From an uncultured Bacteroidales bacterium (GTDB lineage Bacteria > Bacteroidota > Bacteroidia > Bacteroidales > Bacteroidaceae), in the NCBI GenBank assembly GCA_902779085.1, contig CACYZY010000008.1, positions 46,201 through 110,200 of the forward strand: 64,000 nt of DNA. The letters are read 5' to 3'. The first letter of the stretch is position 1. Each line of letters starts with the position of its first letter. Shown here piece after piece: positions 39,464-50,612 of this stretch. The notes below the pieces were generated by a model. The model saw nothing but the letters and a program-made list of their open reading frames with translations. It was not told the origin of the DNA and did no database searches. A program made the position numbers and the translations under genes.

Positions 39464-40669
39464 TTATTTCACACCCAGCTTATCCAAAATGCTCTTAGGC
39501 ACAGCCTTCTTGTTCACCACGATGTTCATGGTTTTGTAGCGGGCAAAAGCCTTTGATACATACCACAAACCATGATACTTGCCACTGTCGCCCCATGAGT
39601 TCTTCACCATATAATAATCGGTGCCGTTCTGGTCCTTAGCAGTACCATAGATCAGCATGCCATGGTCGTCGGTAGTCTCATAGTTGTCATATGCCAACTG
39701 ACGTTCAGCCTGAGTAACCCACTTCTGTGGACTTGGCTTTGATGTTACGTCACGCTGTGTTGCAGGCAGCTTCAGCCAATGAGCCATATCACTGCCACTC
39801 AGCTCAACCACCTTCTCGATATCAGGCACTACACCAATACCCTGACGGTTGAAACCTTCTTCACTTACGTCAGAACCCCACAATACTGTGTAGCCGTTGT
39901 TGATGGCATTGTCAAATACTTCCATCAGTTCGTCGATAGGTAGGTTGTAGCTCTGTGCCCAACGCCAGTTGTCTTGAATCTCCAGTACAAATGGCTCATA
40001 GAATGGATGGTGGGTATATGAGGTCAGAGAGATATAGTCGCTGGCCTTCAAGCCTGTACTCTCAAAGAATGATTTCGGGGTATAGGTCGCACCTTTATAA
40101 GTAAAGGTAGTTGGGTCTGGGCCCAGATATACATCATGTATAGCCTTTATAGCCTTCTTCCACAACAGGTTGTTGTCCTTGTCGTGCTGCAAGCTGCGCA
40201 AGCGTCCTTTGGCGATAGCAGCTACTGCTGCGTCAGCAATGGCACTCAACTCAGAGTGATTGCTGATGGTGTCGCCATACATTTTACCTGCAGGCATCAC
40301 CTCATCAGGCACCAGTCCGAAATGCTCCATGCCGTAGAGTACGTCATAGAATGAACCACCCTGTGAGAAGCTCACGTCACCATGAGTACGAACAGCATAG
40401 TCTGCACGATCCATATAAGTGTTCTTCACGATAAACATTTCGCTGAAATCATAAGTGCCCTTACCAGCTTTCAGTAACTCTGACTCCAGAAAAGCCATAC
40501 CTGAATAGCACCAGCAAGTACCGGCGCGGCTCTGGTTCTTGACGCTTGTGATAGGAATTTCCTTTACTACCGTAAACTTGAAACCCTCTTCGTCCTTGGG
40601 GGCATCCTGTGCTGCAACGCTCAGACTCATTAAGCCCAGGGCAGCTAATAATATTGACTTTTTCATCAT
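39464..40669 (-). CDS. C1B cysteine aminopeptidase (PepC/bleomycin hydrolase-like), secreted
   Basis: QSRAGTCWCYS (catalytic Cys), DDHGM (His), KNSWG (Asn); signal peptide. Confidence 0.9.
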   Translation of the reverse strand: MMKKSILLAALGLMSLSVAAQDAPKDEEGFKFTVVKEIPITSVKNQSRAGTCWCYSGMAFLESELLKAGKGTYDFSEMFIVKNTYMDRADYAVRTHGDVSFSQGGSFYDVLYGMEHFGLVPDEVMPAGKMYGDTISNHSELSAIADAAVAAIAKGRLRSLQHDKDNNLLWKKAIKAIHDVYLGPDPTTFTYKGATYTPKSFFESTGLKASDYISLTSYTHHPFYEPFVLEIQDNWRWAQSYNLPIDELMEVFDNAINNGYTVLWGSDVSEEGFNRQGIGVVPDIEKVVELSGSDMAHWLKLPATQRDVTSKPSPQKWVTQAERQLAYDNYETTDDHGMLIYGTAKDQNGTDYYMVKNSWGDSGKYHGLWYVSKAFARYKTMNIVVNKKAVPKSILDKLGVK

Positions 40670-40755
40670 ACTTGTTTGTTAAATTAGTTTGAATTGCGAC
40701 AAAGTTACAGATATTTTTTAATTTTTCGTTATCTTTGCGTGGAAAATATAAAAAG

Positions 40756-41613
40756 ATGTCACAGGTTGTTAAGATAGATGATAAGACGGCTCTCGTTTTG
40801 GAGGGTGGCGGCATGCGTGGAGTGTTTACTTGCGGTGTGCTCGACTATTTTATGGACCGCAACATCTATTTCCCCTATACTGTTGGCGTTAGCGCAGGAG
40901 CAAGTAACGGCCTTTCTTACATGTCTCATCAGCGAGGCCGTGCCAAGGTTGCCAACATCGATTTGCTTGACAAGTACCATTATATCGGGTTGAAGTACTT
41001 GTTTACCCAGCGTAATATCATGGATTACAAGCTGATGTTCCAAGATTTTCCAGAACGCATCATTCCTTATAGATACGATGTCTATGCAGCAAATCCTTGC
41101 CGTTTTGAGAGTGTCACTACCGATTGCCTAACAGGTAAGCCAGTGTATTGGGAAGAAAAGCACGACGAAAAACGCATTATCGATATTGTCAAAGCATCGT
41201 GCAGTCTGCCTTTCGGCTGTCCCATCGCTTATATTGATGGACGGCCTATGCTGGACGGTGGTATAGCTGACTCCATCCCTTTTGAGCGGGCTTTTTCACA
41301 AGGTTATGAAAAGGTTGTAGTAGTACTCACCCGCAATGCCGGTTATCGCAAAAATGAGCGGAAACCCTATATCCCATGGTTCCTTTATAGGAGCTATCCA
41401 CTGCTCAAGGAGGCCATACGACTTCGTGGACAAATGTATAATCGTCAACTCATGCAATTAGAAGAATTGGAACGCCGGGGAAAGGCAGTTGTAATCCGTC
41501 CAATTAACCCCATAAAGGTAGGCCGTATGGAGAAAAATGTAGAAAAACTGCAAAAACTATATGATGAAGGCTATCAGTGTGCCTCTGGTTTTAACTTTTT
41601 TGTGTTGCCATAA
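40756..41613 (+). CDS. Patatin-like phospholipase
   Basis: GGGMRG, GVSAG, DGG motifs; ATG 40756 preferred. Confidence 0.92.
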   Translation: MSQVVKIDDKTALVLEGGGMRGVFTCGVLDYFMDRNIYFPYTVGVSAGASNGLSYMSHQRGRAKVANIDLLDKYHYIGLKYLFTQRNIMDYKLMFQDFPERIIPYRYDVYAANPCRFESVTTDCLTGKPVYWEEKHDEKRIIDIVKASCSLPFGCPIAYIDGRPMLDGGIADSIPFERAFSQGYEKVVVVLTRNAGYRKNERKPYIPWFLYRSYPLLKEAIRLRGQMYNRQLMQLEELERRGKAVVIRPINPIKVGRMEKNVEKLQKLYDEGYQCASGFNFFVLP

Positions 41614-41745
41614 TATTGTCTCTTAATTGTTAAAAACGTTTACTTATCTTATCCTTTCTATAAATCATTTCACATATTATTCCCTCTATCTATTATTTAA
41701 TAAACGTTATTCGTTAGATAATTAACTTTTTTTAAAGGTGCTATA

Positions 41746-41959
41746 TTTGGTAATATAGGCAATTATTTCTTACATTTGTATTGTTGTAGTGTAATAAGTA
41801 CACTTTATAATGCATTTTCTATCTGAACATTAGGAAATTTTAATGATTTATTTTTCATGGAATAATTGAACATTCACTACACTTTAACAATATTCAATTC
41901 CACACTGCGACATGCTACTTCTAACTAAAGAGAGCGCCCTTTATCTGGGTGCTTTCTTT
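41746..41959 (+). ncRNA. Candidate small RNA or micropeptide transcription unit
   Basis: TTTG (41746-49) plus TACATTTG (41771-78) at 21-nt spacing; 13-bp terminator hairpin at 41927-41959; no ORF of 60 aa or more. Confidence 0.45.
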
Positions 41960-42033
41960 ATGCGTTATAATATCTCTTTTTTCTTTGGTATCGTTTTTTT
42001 TTTGCTCATATTTTTATAGAATATGATAAATAA

Positions 42034-42065
42034 ATAGCAAGATTGCTAACTAGCAATCTTGCTAT
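42034..42065 (-). terminator. Terminator of tRNA-His
   Basis: Perfect 15-bp inverted repeat ATAGCAAGATTGCTA/TAGCAATCTTGCTAT immediately 3' of the tRNA. Confidence 0.8.
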
Positions 42066-42068
42066 GTG

Positions 42069-42143
42069 GGTGCCAGGTGGGACTCGAACCCACGACATTC
42101 AGAACCACAATCTGACGCTCTAACCGACTGAACTACGGGCACC
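42069..42143 (-). tRNA. tRNA-His (GTG)
   Basis: Cloverleaf: anticodon arm TCAGA-TTGTGGT-TCTGA, T-arm GTGGG-TTCGAGT-CCCAC, G-1 and C73; CCA not encoded. Confidence 0.95.
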
Positions 42144-42219
42144 ATATATGCATTCTTTTAGAATGCGGTTGCAAAGATAGGGTAAAACTTTGAATTATCA
42201 AAGGTTTTGCCCTGTTTTT

Positions 42220-43101
42220 TTATTGATATATTGCTTTCTTGCCTGCAAGTAAGGTATTTTTCATCAATGACACAATGGTCATAGGTCCAACGCCACCAGG
42301 TACTGGGGTGATGAACGAACATTTGGGTGCCACTTCATCGAACTGTACATCCCCATTGAGGCGGAAACCGTTCTTCTTGGTGGCATCAGGCACTCGGGTG
42401 GTACCAACATCAATGACTACGGCGCCTTCCTTCACCATGTCGGCTGTTACGAAGTTGGGCTTACCAATAGCAGCAATAATGATGTCTGCTTCTAGACATT
42501 CTTTCTTCAAGTAGTGGCTGTGGCTGTGGCATACAGTTACGGTTGCATCGCCTGGGGTAGCTTTCTGCATCATCAGCGCTGCCATAGGCTTACCCACGAT
42601 GTTGCTTCTGCCCAGTACCACGCATTTCTTCCCAGAAGTCTCTATATTGTAGCGTCGCAACAGTTCGATAATGCCGTTAGGGGTGGCAGAAACATAGCAA
42701 GGTAGTCCGATTGCCAGGCGTCCAACGTTGATAGGGTGGAAACCATCCACATCCTTGCGGTAGTCAATAGTCTCAATAACTTTCTGTTCAGAGATGTGTT
42801 TTGGCAAAGGCAGTTGAACGATGAAGCCATCCACATCGACATCTTGGTTTAATTCCTCCACCTTGGCTATTAGTTCCGCCTCGGTGATATCTGCCTCATA
42901 ACGGATCAGGGTTGATTTGAACCCACATGCCTCACAGGCCTTTACCTTGTTGGCTACATAGGTCTCACTACCACCATCATGGCCCACTAAGATAGCAGCC
43001 AAATGAGGTCGTTTGCCACCTGCAGCAACAATTTGTTCTACCTCGGCTGCAATTTCTTGCTTGATTTGTGCTGATACTGCTTTCCCGTCAATTAATGTCA
43101 T
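42220..43101 (-). CDS. folD: Methylene-THF dehydrogenase/cyclohydrolase
   Basis: [39 protein letters not shown]. Confidence 0.97.
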   Translation of the reverse strand: MTLIDGKAVSAQIKQEIAAEVEQIVAAGGKRPHLAAILVGHDGGSETYVANKVKACEACGFKSTLIRYEADITEAELIAKVEELNQDVDVDGFIVQLPLPKHISEQKVIETIDYRKDVDGFHPINVGRLAIGLPCYVSATPNGIIELLRRYNIETSGKKCVVLGRSNIVGKPMAALMMQKATPGDATVTVCHSHSHYLKKECLEADIIIAAIGKPNFVTADMVKEGAVVIDVGTTRVPDATKKNGFRLNGDVQFDEVAPKCSFITPVPGGVGPMTIVSLMKNTLLAGKKAIYQ

Positions 43102-43169
43102 AAATAATGTGTTTATATGATTTGTCCCTCGATTCTCCCTAAAGAATGGGGAAATATGTTGTTACATCT

Positions 43170-44513
43170 TTAAAACGGCCTTCTACCTCCGCCACCTCTC
43201 ATCATCTGCGCCATTTGAGGAATCTTACCGCTGGTAACGGTTTTCATCATTTTGCGCATCTGATCGAATTGTTTTATGAGGCGATTCACCTCCTGTATGT
43301 CAGTTCCACTGCCTTTCGCAATTCGTTGACGGCGAGAGGTGTTCAGTACTTCTGGATGTGTGCGCTCCTGCGGAGTCATAGAGTGGATAATGGCTTCAAT
43401 GCTCTTGAAGGCATTATCGTCAATGTCGATATCTTTAATGGCTTTGCCTACACCAGGTATCATGGCTGCCAGGTCCTTAAGATTACCCATCTTCTTGATT
43501 TGGGCTATCTGACCTAAGAAATCGTTGAAGTCAAACTGGTTCTTTTGGATTTTCTTCTGCAGACGCTTGGCCTCTTCCTCATCGTATTGTTCCTGTGCAC
43601 GCTCAACCAAAGAAACAATATCACCCATACCAAGAATACGGTCGGCCATACGCTCAGGGTGGAATTGGTCGATAGCCTCGAGCTTCTCGCCTGTACCCAC
43701 AAACTTGATAGGCTTATTCACAACCGTGCGGATAGACAAAGCTGCACCACCACGAGTGTCACCATCGAGTTTGGTAAGTACTACACCCGTGAAGTCTAGG
43801 CGGTCATTGAATTCCTTAGCGGTGTTCACTGCATCTTGACCAGTCATTGAATCCACCACGAAAAGGATTTCATCAGGGTGGATGCCCTCCTTGATAGCTG
43901 CAATCTCATTCATCATCTCCTCGTCAACAGCTAAGCGACCTGCAGTATCTACAATCACAGGGTCGTAGCTTTTGGTCTTGGCTTCAGCGATGGCGTGCTG
44001 GGCAATACTCACGGGATCTTTGCTGTCAGGTTCAGAATACATCGGTACACCAATCTGTTCAGCCAAAACACGTAATTGCTCGATAGCAGCAGGACGGTAA
44101 ACGTCGCATGCAACCAGTAGTGGACGACGGTTCTTTTTAGTTTTAAGCATACGGGCCAACTTGCCAGAAAAGGTAGTTTTACCAGAACCTTGCAGACCAG
44201 ACATCAGAATGATCGATGGCTTTTGGGTGAGGTTCAATTCGGCTGTTTCACCACCCATCAGGTCGGCCAGTTCATCGTGTACAATCTTCACCATTAATTG
44301 ACTGGGCTTCACAGCGGTAAGCACGTTCTGTCCCAGAGCCTTCTGCTTTACGGTGTCAGTAAATGTCTTCGCTACCTTGTAGTTCACATCGGCGTCAAGC
44401 AACGCCTTGCGTACATCCTTGAGGGTTTCGGCAACATTGATCTCGGTAATCTTGCCTTCACCCTTCAATATCTTAAACGACCTTTCGAGTCTGTCACTTA
44501 AACTTTCAAACAT
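43170..44513 (-). CDS. ffh: Signal recognition particle protein
   Basis: GLQGSGKTT, DTAGR, TKLDGD, RILGMGD, SRRQRIAKGSG. Confidence 0.98.
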   Translation of the reverse strand: MFESLSDRLERSFKILKGEGKITEINVAETLKDVRKALLDADVNYKVAKTFTDTVKQKALGQNVLTAVKPSQLMVKIVHDELADLMGGETAELNLTQKPSIILMSGLQGSGKTTFSGKLARMLKTKKNRRPLLVACDVYRPAAIEQLRVLAEQIGVPMYSEPDSKDPVSIAQHAIAEAKTKSYDPVIVDTAGRLAVDEEMMNEIAAIKEGIHPDEILFVVDSMTGQDAVNTAKEFNDRLDFTGVVLTKLDGDTRGGAALSIRTVVNKPIKFVGTGEKLEAIDQFHPERMADRILGMGDIVSLVERAQEQYDEEEAKRLQKKIQKNQFDFNDFLGQIAQIKKMGNLKDLAAMIPGVGKAIKDIDIDDNAFKSIEAIIHSMTPQERTHPEVLNTSRRQRIAKGSGTDIQEVNRLIKQFDQMRKMMKTVTSGKIPQMAQMMRGGGGRRPF

Positions 44514-44526
44514 TGTAATATAATTA

Positions 44527-46524
44527 TTATGAATTCATGCTCATCAGGTATTCCTGGTTGTTACGTGTATGTTCCATCAGGCCCTTGACCTTCTCAATAG
44601 CCTCTTGTGGTGTCATGTCGGCCATGAAACGGCGAGCCACCCACATGCGGTCACGAGTGAGTTGGTCTTGCAGCAGGTCATCACGACGTGTACTTGACAG
44701 GATGACGTTTATAGCTGGGAAGATACGCTTGTTGCTCAGCGTGCGGTCTAACTGCAATTCCATGTTGCCCGTACCCTTGAATTCCTCAAATATCACATCG
44801 TCCATCTTAGAGCCTGTCTCAGTGAGGGCTGTTGCCAGAATGGTCAGTGAACCACCTCCTTCAATGTTTCGGGCTGCACCGAAAAAGCTCTTTGGCTTGT
44901 GCAGGGCGTTAGCGTCCACACCACCTGAGAGTACTTTGCCTGATGCTGGCGCAACAGTATTGTAAGCACGAGCCAGGCGGGTGATAGAGTCGAGGAAGAT
45001 GACTACATCATGACCGCATTCCACCAAACGCTTTGCCTTTTCCAACACAATATTGGCAATCTTTACGTGACGTTCGGCTGGTTCGTCGAAAGTAGATGAA
45101 ATTACCTCAGCATTAACGGTGCGAGCCATATCGGTCACTTCTTCAGGGCGCTCGTCAATGAGTAGTACCATCATATATACTTCAGGATGGTTCGCTGCAA
45201 TAGCGTTGGCAATGTCCTTCATCAAAGTGGTCTTACCTGTCTTTGGTTGTGCCACAATCAACGCTCGCTGACCTTTGCCGATAGGAGTATAGAGATCGAC
45301 GATGCGTGCATCGATGCTGTCATGTCCATCGCCCTTGCACAGCGTAAATTTCTCTTCGGGGAAGAGGGGAGTAAGGTGTTCGAAAGGAACACGGTCGCGT
45401 ACCAGTTCTGGAGCCAAACCGTTAATCTTGTTTACCTTCACCAATGGGAAATATTTTTCACCTTCCTTGGGTGGACGAATTACACCTTCCACTACATCGC
45501 CAGTCTTCAAGCCAAAAAGCTTGATTTGTGATTGGGATACATAGATATCATCGGGAGAAGAAAGGTAGTTGTAGTCTGAAGAACGCAGGAAACCATATCC
45601 ATCTTGCATGATTTCCAACACACCCCATCCTTGCAGTATGTCTTCGAAGTCATACAGAGGCTGACGTTTTTCTTGGTTTTCATTATATTGCTGAACCTGT
45701 GGGGCCTGCAGGAAAGATTTGTTGTTTTGTGCCTTAATAGGAGCATTGTCAGCCTTTGACGCATTGAACTTACCTATAAGTTCAGTAGGGATCTCTTGAT
45801 TGTCGTTTGGCAGTTCTTCGATAGGTATAAATGTATCAACGGATGTCTTTGCATCTTGCGTAATCTCTTGTGCAAGAGGTTGCACTCTCTTTGACATATT
45901 TGTATTTTCTTGTTCAGCCACTTTCTCGGCTTCCATCTTGGCTGCGTTTTTCTGTTGTAGACGTTCCAGTACTTTTTCTACATCCGGTGCTTTGCGAGAA
46001 CGCCCCTTACGCTTAGTTTGTATACCCTCTGTAGAATCAGCGGAAACTACTATTGCTGGAACCTCAACTTGTTGGTCATCAGAGGTTGGCTTAAGTCCTG
46101 TTACTGTTTGTTTCTTTGCTGGTTTACTTGCCTTTGTTTGTACATTTGCAGGTTTCTCTATGGGTTCCTCTACTGTTTTTTCAGCTTCAACCTTGGCTGG
46201 TTGCTCAGCCTTTTTTTCACTTACCTTTTTTTCTTGTACAACGGAAATAGGTTGCTCTTCACGAGAGATAGTACCTTCCTTATTGGCAGAGAATACTTTA
46301 TTTAATTTACCGTTGGTTACTGTCACGCGTTTACGTTTGGTTTTCTCTTCTTTTTGCTTGTCTTTTGCAACAATTTTATTAGCATTAGAGATAGCTTGCT
46401 CATCAAGAATTCTATATACTAAATCCTCCTTACTCAAGGATTCTGGTTTAGAAATGCCCAGCTCATTAGCTATGGCTTGTAAGTCTGTTAAAGACTTTTC
46501 GTTTAATTGAACGATATTATACAT
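44527..46524 (-). CDS. rho: Transcription termination factor Rho with a long N-terminal insertion
   Basis: [44 protein letters not shown]; 665 aa. Confidence 0.97.
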   Translation of the reverse strand: MYNIVQLNEKSLTDLQAIANELGISKPESLSKEDLVYRILDEQAISNANKIVAKDKQKEEKTKRKRVTVTNGKLNKVFSANKEGTISREEQPISVVQEKKVSEKKAEQPAKVEAEKTVEEPIEKPANVQTKASKPAKKQTVTGLKPTSDDQQVEVPAIVVSADSTEGIQTKRKGRSRKAPDVEKVLERLQQKNAAKMEAEKVAEQENTNMSKRVQPLAQEITQDAKTSVDTFIPIEELPNDNQEIPTELIGKFNASKADNAPIKAQNNKSFLQAPQVQQYNENQEKRQPLYDFEDILQGWGVLEIMQDGYGFLRSSDYNYLSSPDDIYVSQSQIKLFGLKTGDVVEGVIRPPKEGEKYFPLVKVNKINGLAPELVRDRVPFEHLTPLFPEEKFTLCKGDGHDSIDARIVDLYTPIGKGQRALIVAQPKTGKTTLMKDIANAIAANHPEVYMMVLLIDERPEEVTDMARTVNAEVISSTFDEPAERHVKIANIVLEKAKRLVECGHDVVIFLDSITRLARAYNTVAPASGKVLSGGVDANALHKPKSFFGAARNIEGGGSLTILATALTETGSKMDDVIFEEFKGTGNMELQLDRTLSNKRIFPAINVILSSTRRDDLLQDQLTRDRMWVARRFMADMTPQEAIEKVKGLMEHTRNNQEYLMSMNS

Positions 46525-46625
46525 GGAAAATAATAATGTGTTTTAAGGGAAAAACGTTGAAGAAAGGATTTCTTTTAATTCAACGGTGCAAAGGTAGTAA
46601 TTATTTTTTGAATAGCTACAATTGT

Positions 46626-47897
46626 TTAAGCCTTTTTTCTAATGACCAACACTCTTTTTGTTTCATGTTCCACTCTGAAGCGGTTGTCAATGCGTTCGCC
46701 AATCACCCAAACAACTTCTTTGCCACAGCAAAGCACATACTGATAGGCTTTTTCACTGATGCTTTTTTTCTGGTCAGTCAAGAAATCGCTCACCAGCTTC
46801 TTACCTTTCATACCAAAAGGAATGAACCAATCTCCTGCTTGCCACAGGCGTATATTAAGTTCTCCATTCAGCTTGTCTGCATCAAAGCAAGCAGTATCCT
46901 TATCTTTGGGAATGACGAAGTGGGACGAATAAGGATGTTCCTCATGCTCCAAGAGTGGAGGAGTAGTTTTTTTTACTTTTTCTATCAGCAGATGACTGCG
47001 ATCTTTTACGATACGCCATTCTTTTGATTCGAACAACTTGCCCGGCTGTCCATGTAACGTTTCCATCATATCGTAAATTTGCGTGGAATTAAACCCCAAA
47101 GGTGCCACAGCTTCGTAAAGTAGGCATTGTGGTGAAGGCTCTTGCATCAGTTGATAGATGTTGATTCCTTGCTCGTCTCTCACCCTTTCCATTCCCTCGT
47201 TAATGCACTTATTATATATTTGGAACACATCATTCAAGTGGCTAGCCGTTTGTAATAAACTCTGCCTTATAGATGGGTTTATGCTTTCTAACAAAGGAAG
47301 CAGTTCGAGGCGTATCTTATTGCGGGTAAAGTCAGTTTGCAGGTTGGTACTGTCGGTTACATAGGTTTGCCCTAGATGTCGCAAATAGTTGATGATCTCA
47401 TTACGGCTCACACATAATAACGGACGAACGATGTTGCCGTTCTGAGGGCGTATGCCCTGTAAGCCTTTGATGCCCGTTCCTCTAATGAGGTTCAGCAGGA
47501 AAGTTTCTACGCTGTCGTCCTGATGGTGGGCAACGGCTACATGTAGACAGTCTGTTTGTTGCAGTAACAGTTCAAACCAATTGTATCTAAGATCACGTGC
47601 TGCCATTTCAATCGAGATGCGTTTTTCTTCGGCATATTCTTGTGTATTGAAATGCTGTATGTGCAAAGGCACATGCAGCTCTTTACAAAGTGCTCTGACA
47701 AACGCCTCATCGTGGTTGGACTCTTCTCCACGCAGGTGAAAATTGCAATGGGCAGCTTCGCAAGGATAGCCCAAGTGTAGTAATACACGCAATAATGCTA
47801 CCGAGTCGGCTCCACCGCTCAGTGCCACCAGCGTCTTGTCGCCCTTGCGCAACAAATCTTGACTTTTGATAAACTGTCTGACCTTGCGTATCAACAT
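46626..47897 (-). CDS. tilS: tRNA(Ile)-lysidine synthetase
   Basis: SGGADS, ARDLRY, AHHQDD, RNKIR. Confidence 0.96.
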   Translation of the reverse strand: MLIRKVRQFIKSQDLLRKGDKTLVALSGGADSVALLRVLLHLGYPCEAAHCNFHLRGEESNHDEAFVRALCKELHVPLHIQHFNTQEYAEEKRISIEMAARDLRYNWFELLLQQTDCLHVAVAHHQDDSVETFLLNLIRGTGIKGLQGIRPQNGNIVRPLLCVSRNEIINYLRHLGQTYVTDSTNLQTDFTRNKIRLELLPLLESINPSIRQSLLQTASHLNDVFQIYNKCINEGMERVRDEQGINIYQLMQEPSPQCLLYEAVAPLGFNSTQIYDMMETLHGQPGKLFESKEWRIVKDRSHLLIEKVKKTTPPLLEHEEHPYSSHFVIPKDKDTACFDADKLNGELNIRLWQAGDWFIPFGMKGKKLVSDFLTDQKKSISEKAYQYVLCCGKEVVWVIGERIDNRFRVEHETKRVLVIRKKA

Positions 47898-48012
47898 ATC
47901 TGCGTGACAAAGTTATATTATTTCTCACAAATTTTACTTATTTGTCGGCAAATAAATCATCTGCCTTTGTTAGTTTTGATATACCTAATAATAGGTATTA
48001 TGGTGGTTACTC

Positions 48013-48064
48013 TTTAAATCCGTTCTAAATAGTTTGGGTATTGCACGATAAAATCTTATCTTTG
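48013..48064 (+). promoter_or_regulatory. feoB promoter (-33 TTTG, -7 TATCTTTG) with a putative Fur-type box
   Basis: TTTG 48033-36, TATCTTTG 48057-64 (20-nt spacing); near-palindrome TTTAAA-N5-TCTAAA at 48013-48029. Confidence 0.55.
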
Positions 48065-48083
48065 CACTACTAAAAAGTAAAGC

Positions 48084-50612
48084 ATGAAATTATCGGATCT
48101 GAAAACAGGAGAGAAGGGAATTATCGTCAAGGTGTTAGGACACGGTGGATTCCGTAAGCGTGTGATTGAGATGGGTTTCATTAAGGGTAAGGAGGTGGAG
48201 GTATTACTCAATGCTCCTCTACAAGACCCAGTAAAATATAAACTGATGGGCTATGAAGTGTCACTTAGGCACGATGAGGCCGAACTGATAGAAATCATTT
48301 CTGAAACTGAGGCAGAACGTGAACTGCAGAACGACACTCTTGGACTAAATGGTCCTCTTTCAGGAAATTTGCAATTTACAGACTATAAACTTCAATTGGC
48401 TAAGCAGAAGCGCCGAATTATCAATGTGGCACTTATTGGCAACCCCAATTGTGGCAAGACCTCTCTCTTTAACTTTGCCAGTGGGGCACACGGCAAGGTG
48501 GGCAACTATGCTGGCGTAACGGTTGATGCTACCGAGGCACGTGCCACTTTCGAAGGATATGAGTTCAACCTCACCGACTTGCCTGGCACTTATTCACTTT
48601 CGTGCTATAGCCCTGAAGAACTTTATGTTCGTAAGCATCTGTTCGATAAACGACCAGATATTGTAATCAATATTATTGATGCCAGCAATTTGGAACGCAA
48701 TCTTTATCTCACCACTCAGTTGGTGGATATGAACCTCCGCATGGTGTGCGCCCTGAATATGTATGACGAATTTGAACGTCGTGGTGACCAAGTGAATATT
48801 GAGACATTGAGTTCACTGTTTGGGGTGCCTATGATACCTACTTCTTTCAAAACTGGCATGAACGTAGATTTGCTCTTCCATATTATCATCAATATGTATG
48901 AAGGGGCAGATTATATTGATGAGAAGGGTAATATCAATCCAGACGTGGCGAAGGAGATCAAGGAGTGGCATGACAAGTATGCTACTAAATCTCCTCAGCA
49001 TCATATCGAGGACTTTGCCGAGGGCAAGCGCCCTTTGAAAAACTATTACCGTCATATCCATGTCAACCATGGACAGTATATAGAGCGTGGCATCAATACG
49101 GTACAGGTACCGTTAAAAGGAGATAAGCACCTGCGCCAACTTTATTCCACCCGTTATCTTGCCATTAAGTTGCTGGAACACGATAAGTCGGTCGAGCAGA
49201 TTATTGCTGGCCTTCCAAATGCCGATGCCATAAAGGATGCTATCCAGCAGGCTTCAGCCCAAATAGAACAGGATACCCAGCAGGATGCAGAAACAGCCAT
49301 CATGGATGCTAAATATGGCTTTATTCATGGTGCCTTGGCTGAGGCGGGCTTTGCAGAAGGTAAGGTGACTGACACCTATAAGATGACTCACCTCATCGAC
49401 AGTATTTTGTCTAACAAGTGGTTGGGCTTCCCCATATTTTTCCTATTGTTGTTCCTTATGTTTGAGGTAACTTTCGAACTTGGTCAGTATCCAATGGATT
49501 GGATTGATGAAGGTGTGGCATGGTTGGGTAATTTAGTGGGTAGTGCTATGCCCGAAGGATCTTTACGCTCATTGTTGGTAGATGGCGTAATAGGAGGCGT
49601 TGGCTCGGTCATTGTTTTCCTTCCCCAGATATTGATACTCTATTTCTTTATCTCGTTGATGGAAGACTCTGGCTACATGGCGCGTGCCGCTTTCATCATG
49701 GATAAACTCATGCACAAGATGGGGTTGCATGGAAAATCGTTCATTCCACTTATCATGGGTTTTGGCTGTAATGTGCCAGCTGTAATGGCTACTCGCACCA
49801 TTGAAAGCCGCCGTTCTCGCATCATCACCATGATGATATTGCCGTTCATGTCATGTTCGGCTCGTCTGCCTATCTATATCATGATTACAGGCACTTTCTT
49901 CTCGTTACAATACCGTTCGTTGGCGATGATATCGCTCTATGCTGTTGGTATATTAGTAGCAGTGGTGGTAAGTAACATCTTCTCGCGGTTAGTTATTAAA
50001 GGCGAAGACACTCCTTTTGTCATGGAACTGCCTCCGTATCGCATGCCTACAGCTCAAGCTATTGGTCGTCATACATGGGACAAGGGCAAAGAGTATCTTA
50101 AGAAAATGGGTGGCATCATTCTTGTTGCATCTATTATAGTGTGGACATTGCAATATTTTCCACACGACGATACCCTCACTACTCAGCAGCAACAAGAGCA
50201 GTCTTATATCGGCCGTTTAGGCAAGGCTATCGAACCTGTGTTTAAACCTCAAGGTTTCAACTGGAAACTGGATGTGTCACTTATCGCAGGTGTGGGTGCT
50301 AAGGAAATAGTTGCCTCTACCTTGGGTGTTATCTATTCTGATGACGATTCGTTTGCCGACGATGAGTCTTTCAGCGATGATAGTGAAAAATACAGCCGTT
50401 TACGTCAGCAGATGTTTGACGATGGTATCACGCCTTTGGCTGGTTATTGCTACCTGCTGTTTATCTTGCTCTATTTCCCCTGCGTAGCTACAATCGTGGC
50501 TATCAAGAATGAGACGGGTAGCTGGAAGTGGGCTTCATTTGCTGCCATTTATACCACCTGTGTGGCTTGGCTGGTTTCTGCTATAGTTTATCAGATAGGT
50601 ATGATGTTATGA
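48084..50612 (+). CDS. feoB: Ferrous iron transporter, FeoA-FeoB fusion
   Basis: N-terminal FeoA (EMGF...APLQDP), GNPNCGKT, DLPG, NMYD, GFGCNVP, MSCSARL. Confidence 0.96.
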   Translation: MKLSDLKTGEKGIIVKVLGHGGFRKRVIEMGFIKGKEVEVLLNAPLQDPVKYKLMGYEVSLRHDEAELIEIISETEAERELQNDTLGLNGPLSGNLQFTDYKLQLAKQKRRIINVALIGNPNCGKTSLFNFASGAHGKVGNYAGVTVDATEARATFEGYEFNLTDLPGTYSLSCYSPEELYVRKHLFDKRPDIVINIIDASNLERNLYLTTQLVDMNLRMVCALNMYDEFERRGDQVNIETLSSLFGVPMIPTSFKTGMNVDLLFHIIINMYEGADYIDEKGNINPDVAKEIKEWHDKYATKSPQHHIEDFAEGKRPLKNYYRHIHVNHGQYIERGINTVQVPLKGDKHLRQLYSTRYLAIKLLEHDKSVEQIIAGLPNADAIKDAIQQASAQIEQDTQQDAETAIMDAKYGFIHGALAEAGFAEGKVTDTYKMTHLIDSILSNKWLGFPIFFLLLFLMFEVTFELGQYPMDWIDEGVAWLGNLVGSAMPEGSLRSLLVDGVIGGVGSVIVFLPQILILYFFISLMEDSGYMARAAFIMDKLMHKMGLHGKSFIPLIMGFGCNVPAVMATRTIESRRSRIITMMILPFMSCSARLPIYIMITGTFFSLQYRSLAMISLYAVGILVAVVVSNIFSRLVIKGEDTPFVMELPPYRMPTAQAIGRHTWDKGKEYLKKMGGIILVASIIVWTLQYFPHDDTLTTQQQQEQSYIGRLGKAIEPVFKPQGFNWKLDVSLIAGVGAKEIVASTLGVIYSDDDSFADDESFSDDSEKYSRLRQQMFDDGITPLAGYCYLLFILLYFPCVATIVAIKNETGSWKWASFAAIYTTCVAWLVSAIVYQIGMML

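Noticed and set aside
41614-42068. Genomic island or prophage remnant at the tRNA-His 3' end
   Set aside because: AT-rich, but there is no integrase, no duplicated tRNA 3' end (att) elsewhere in the window, and core genes flank it. The same applies to tRNA-Cys.
43102-43169. SRP (4.5S) RNA next to ffh
   Set aside because: The gap is too short and lacks the GGAA-tetraloop domain IV signature; there is only a weak hairpin.
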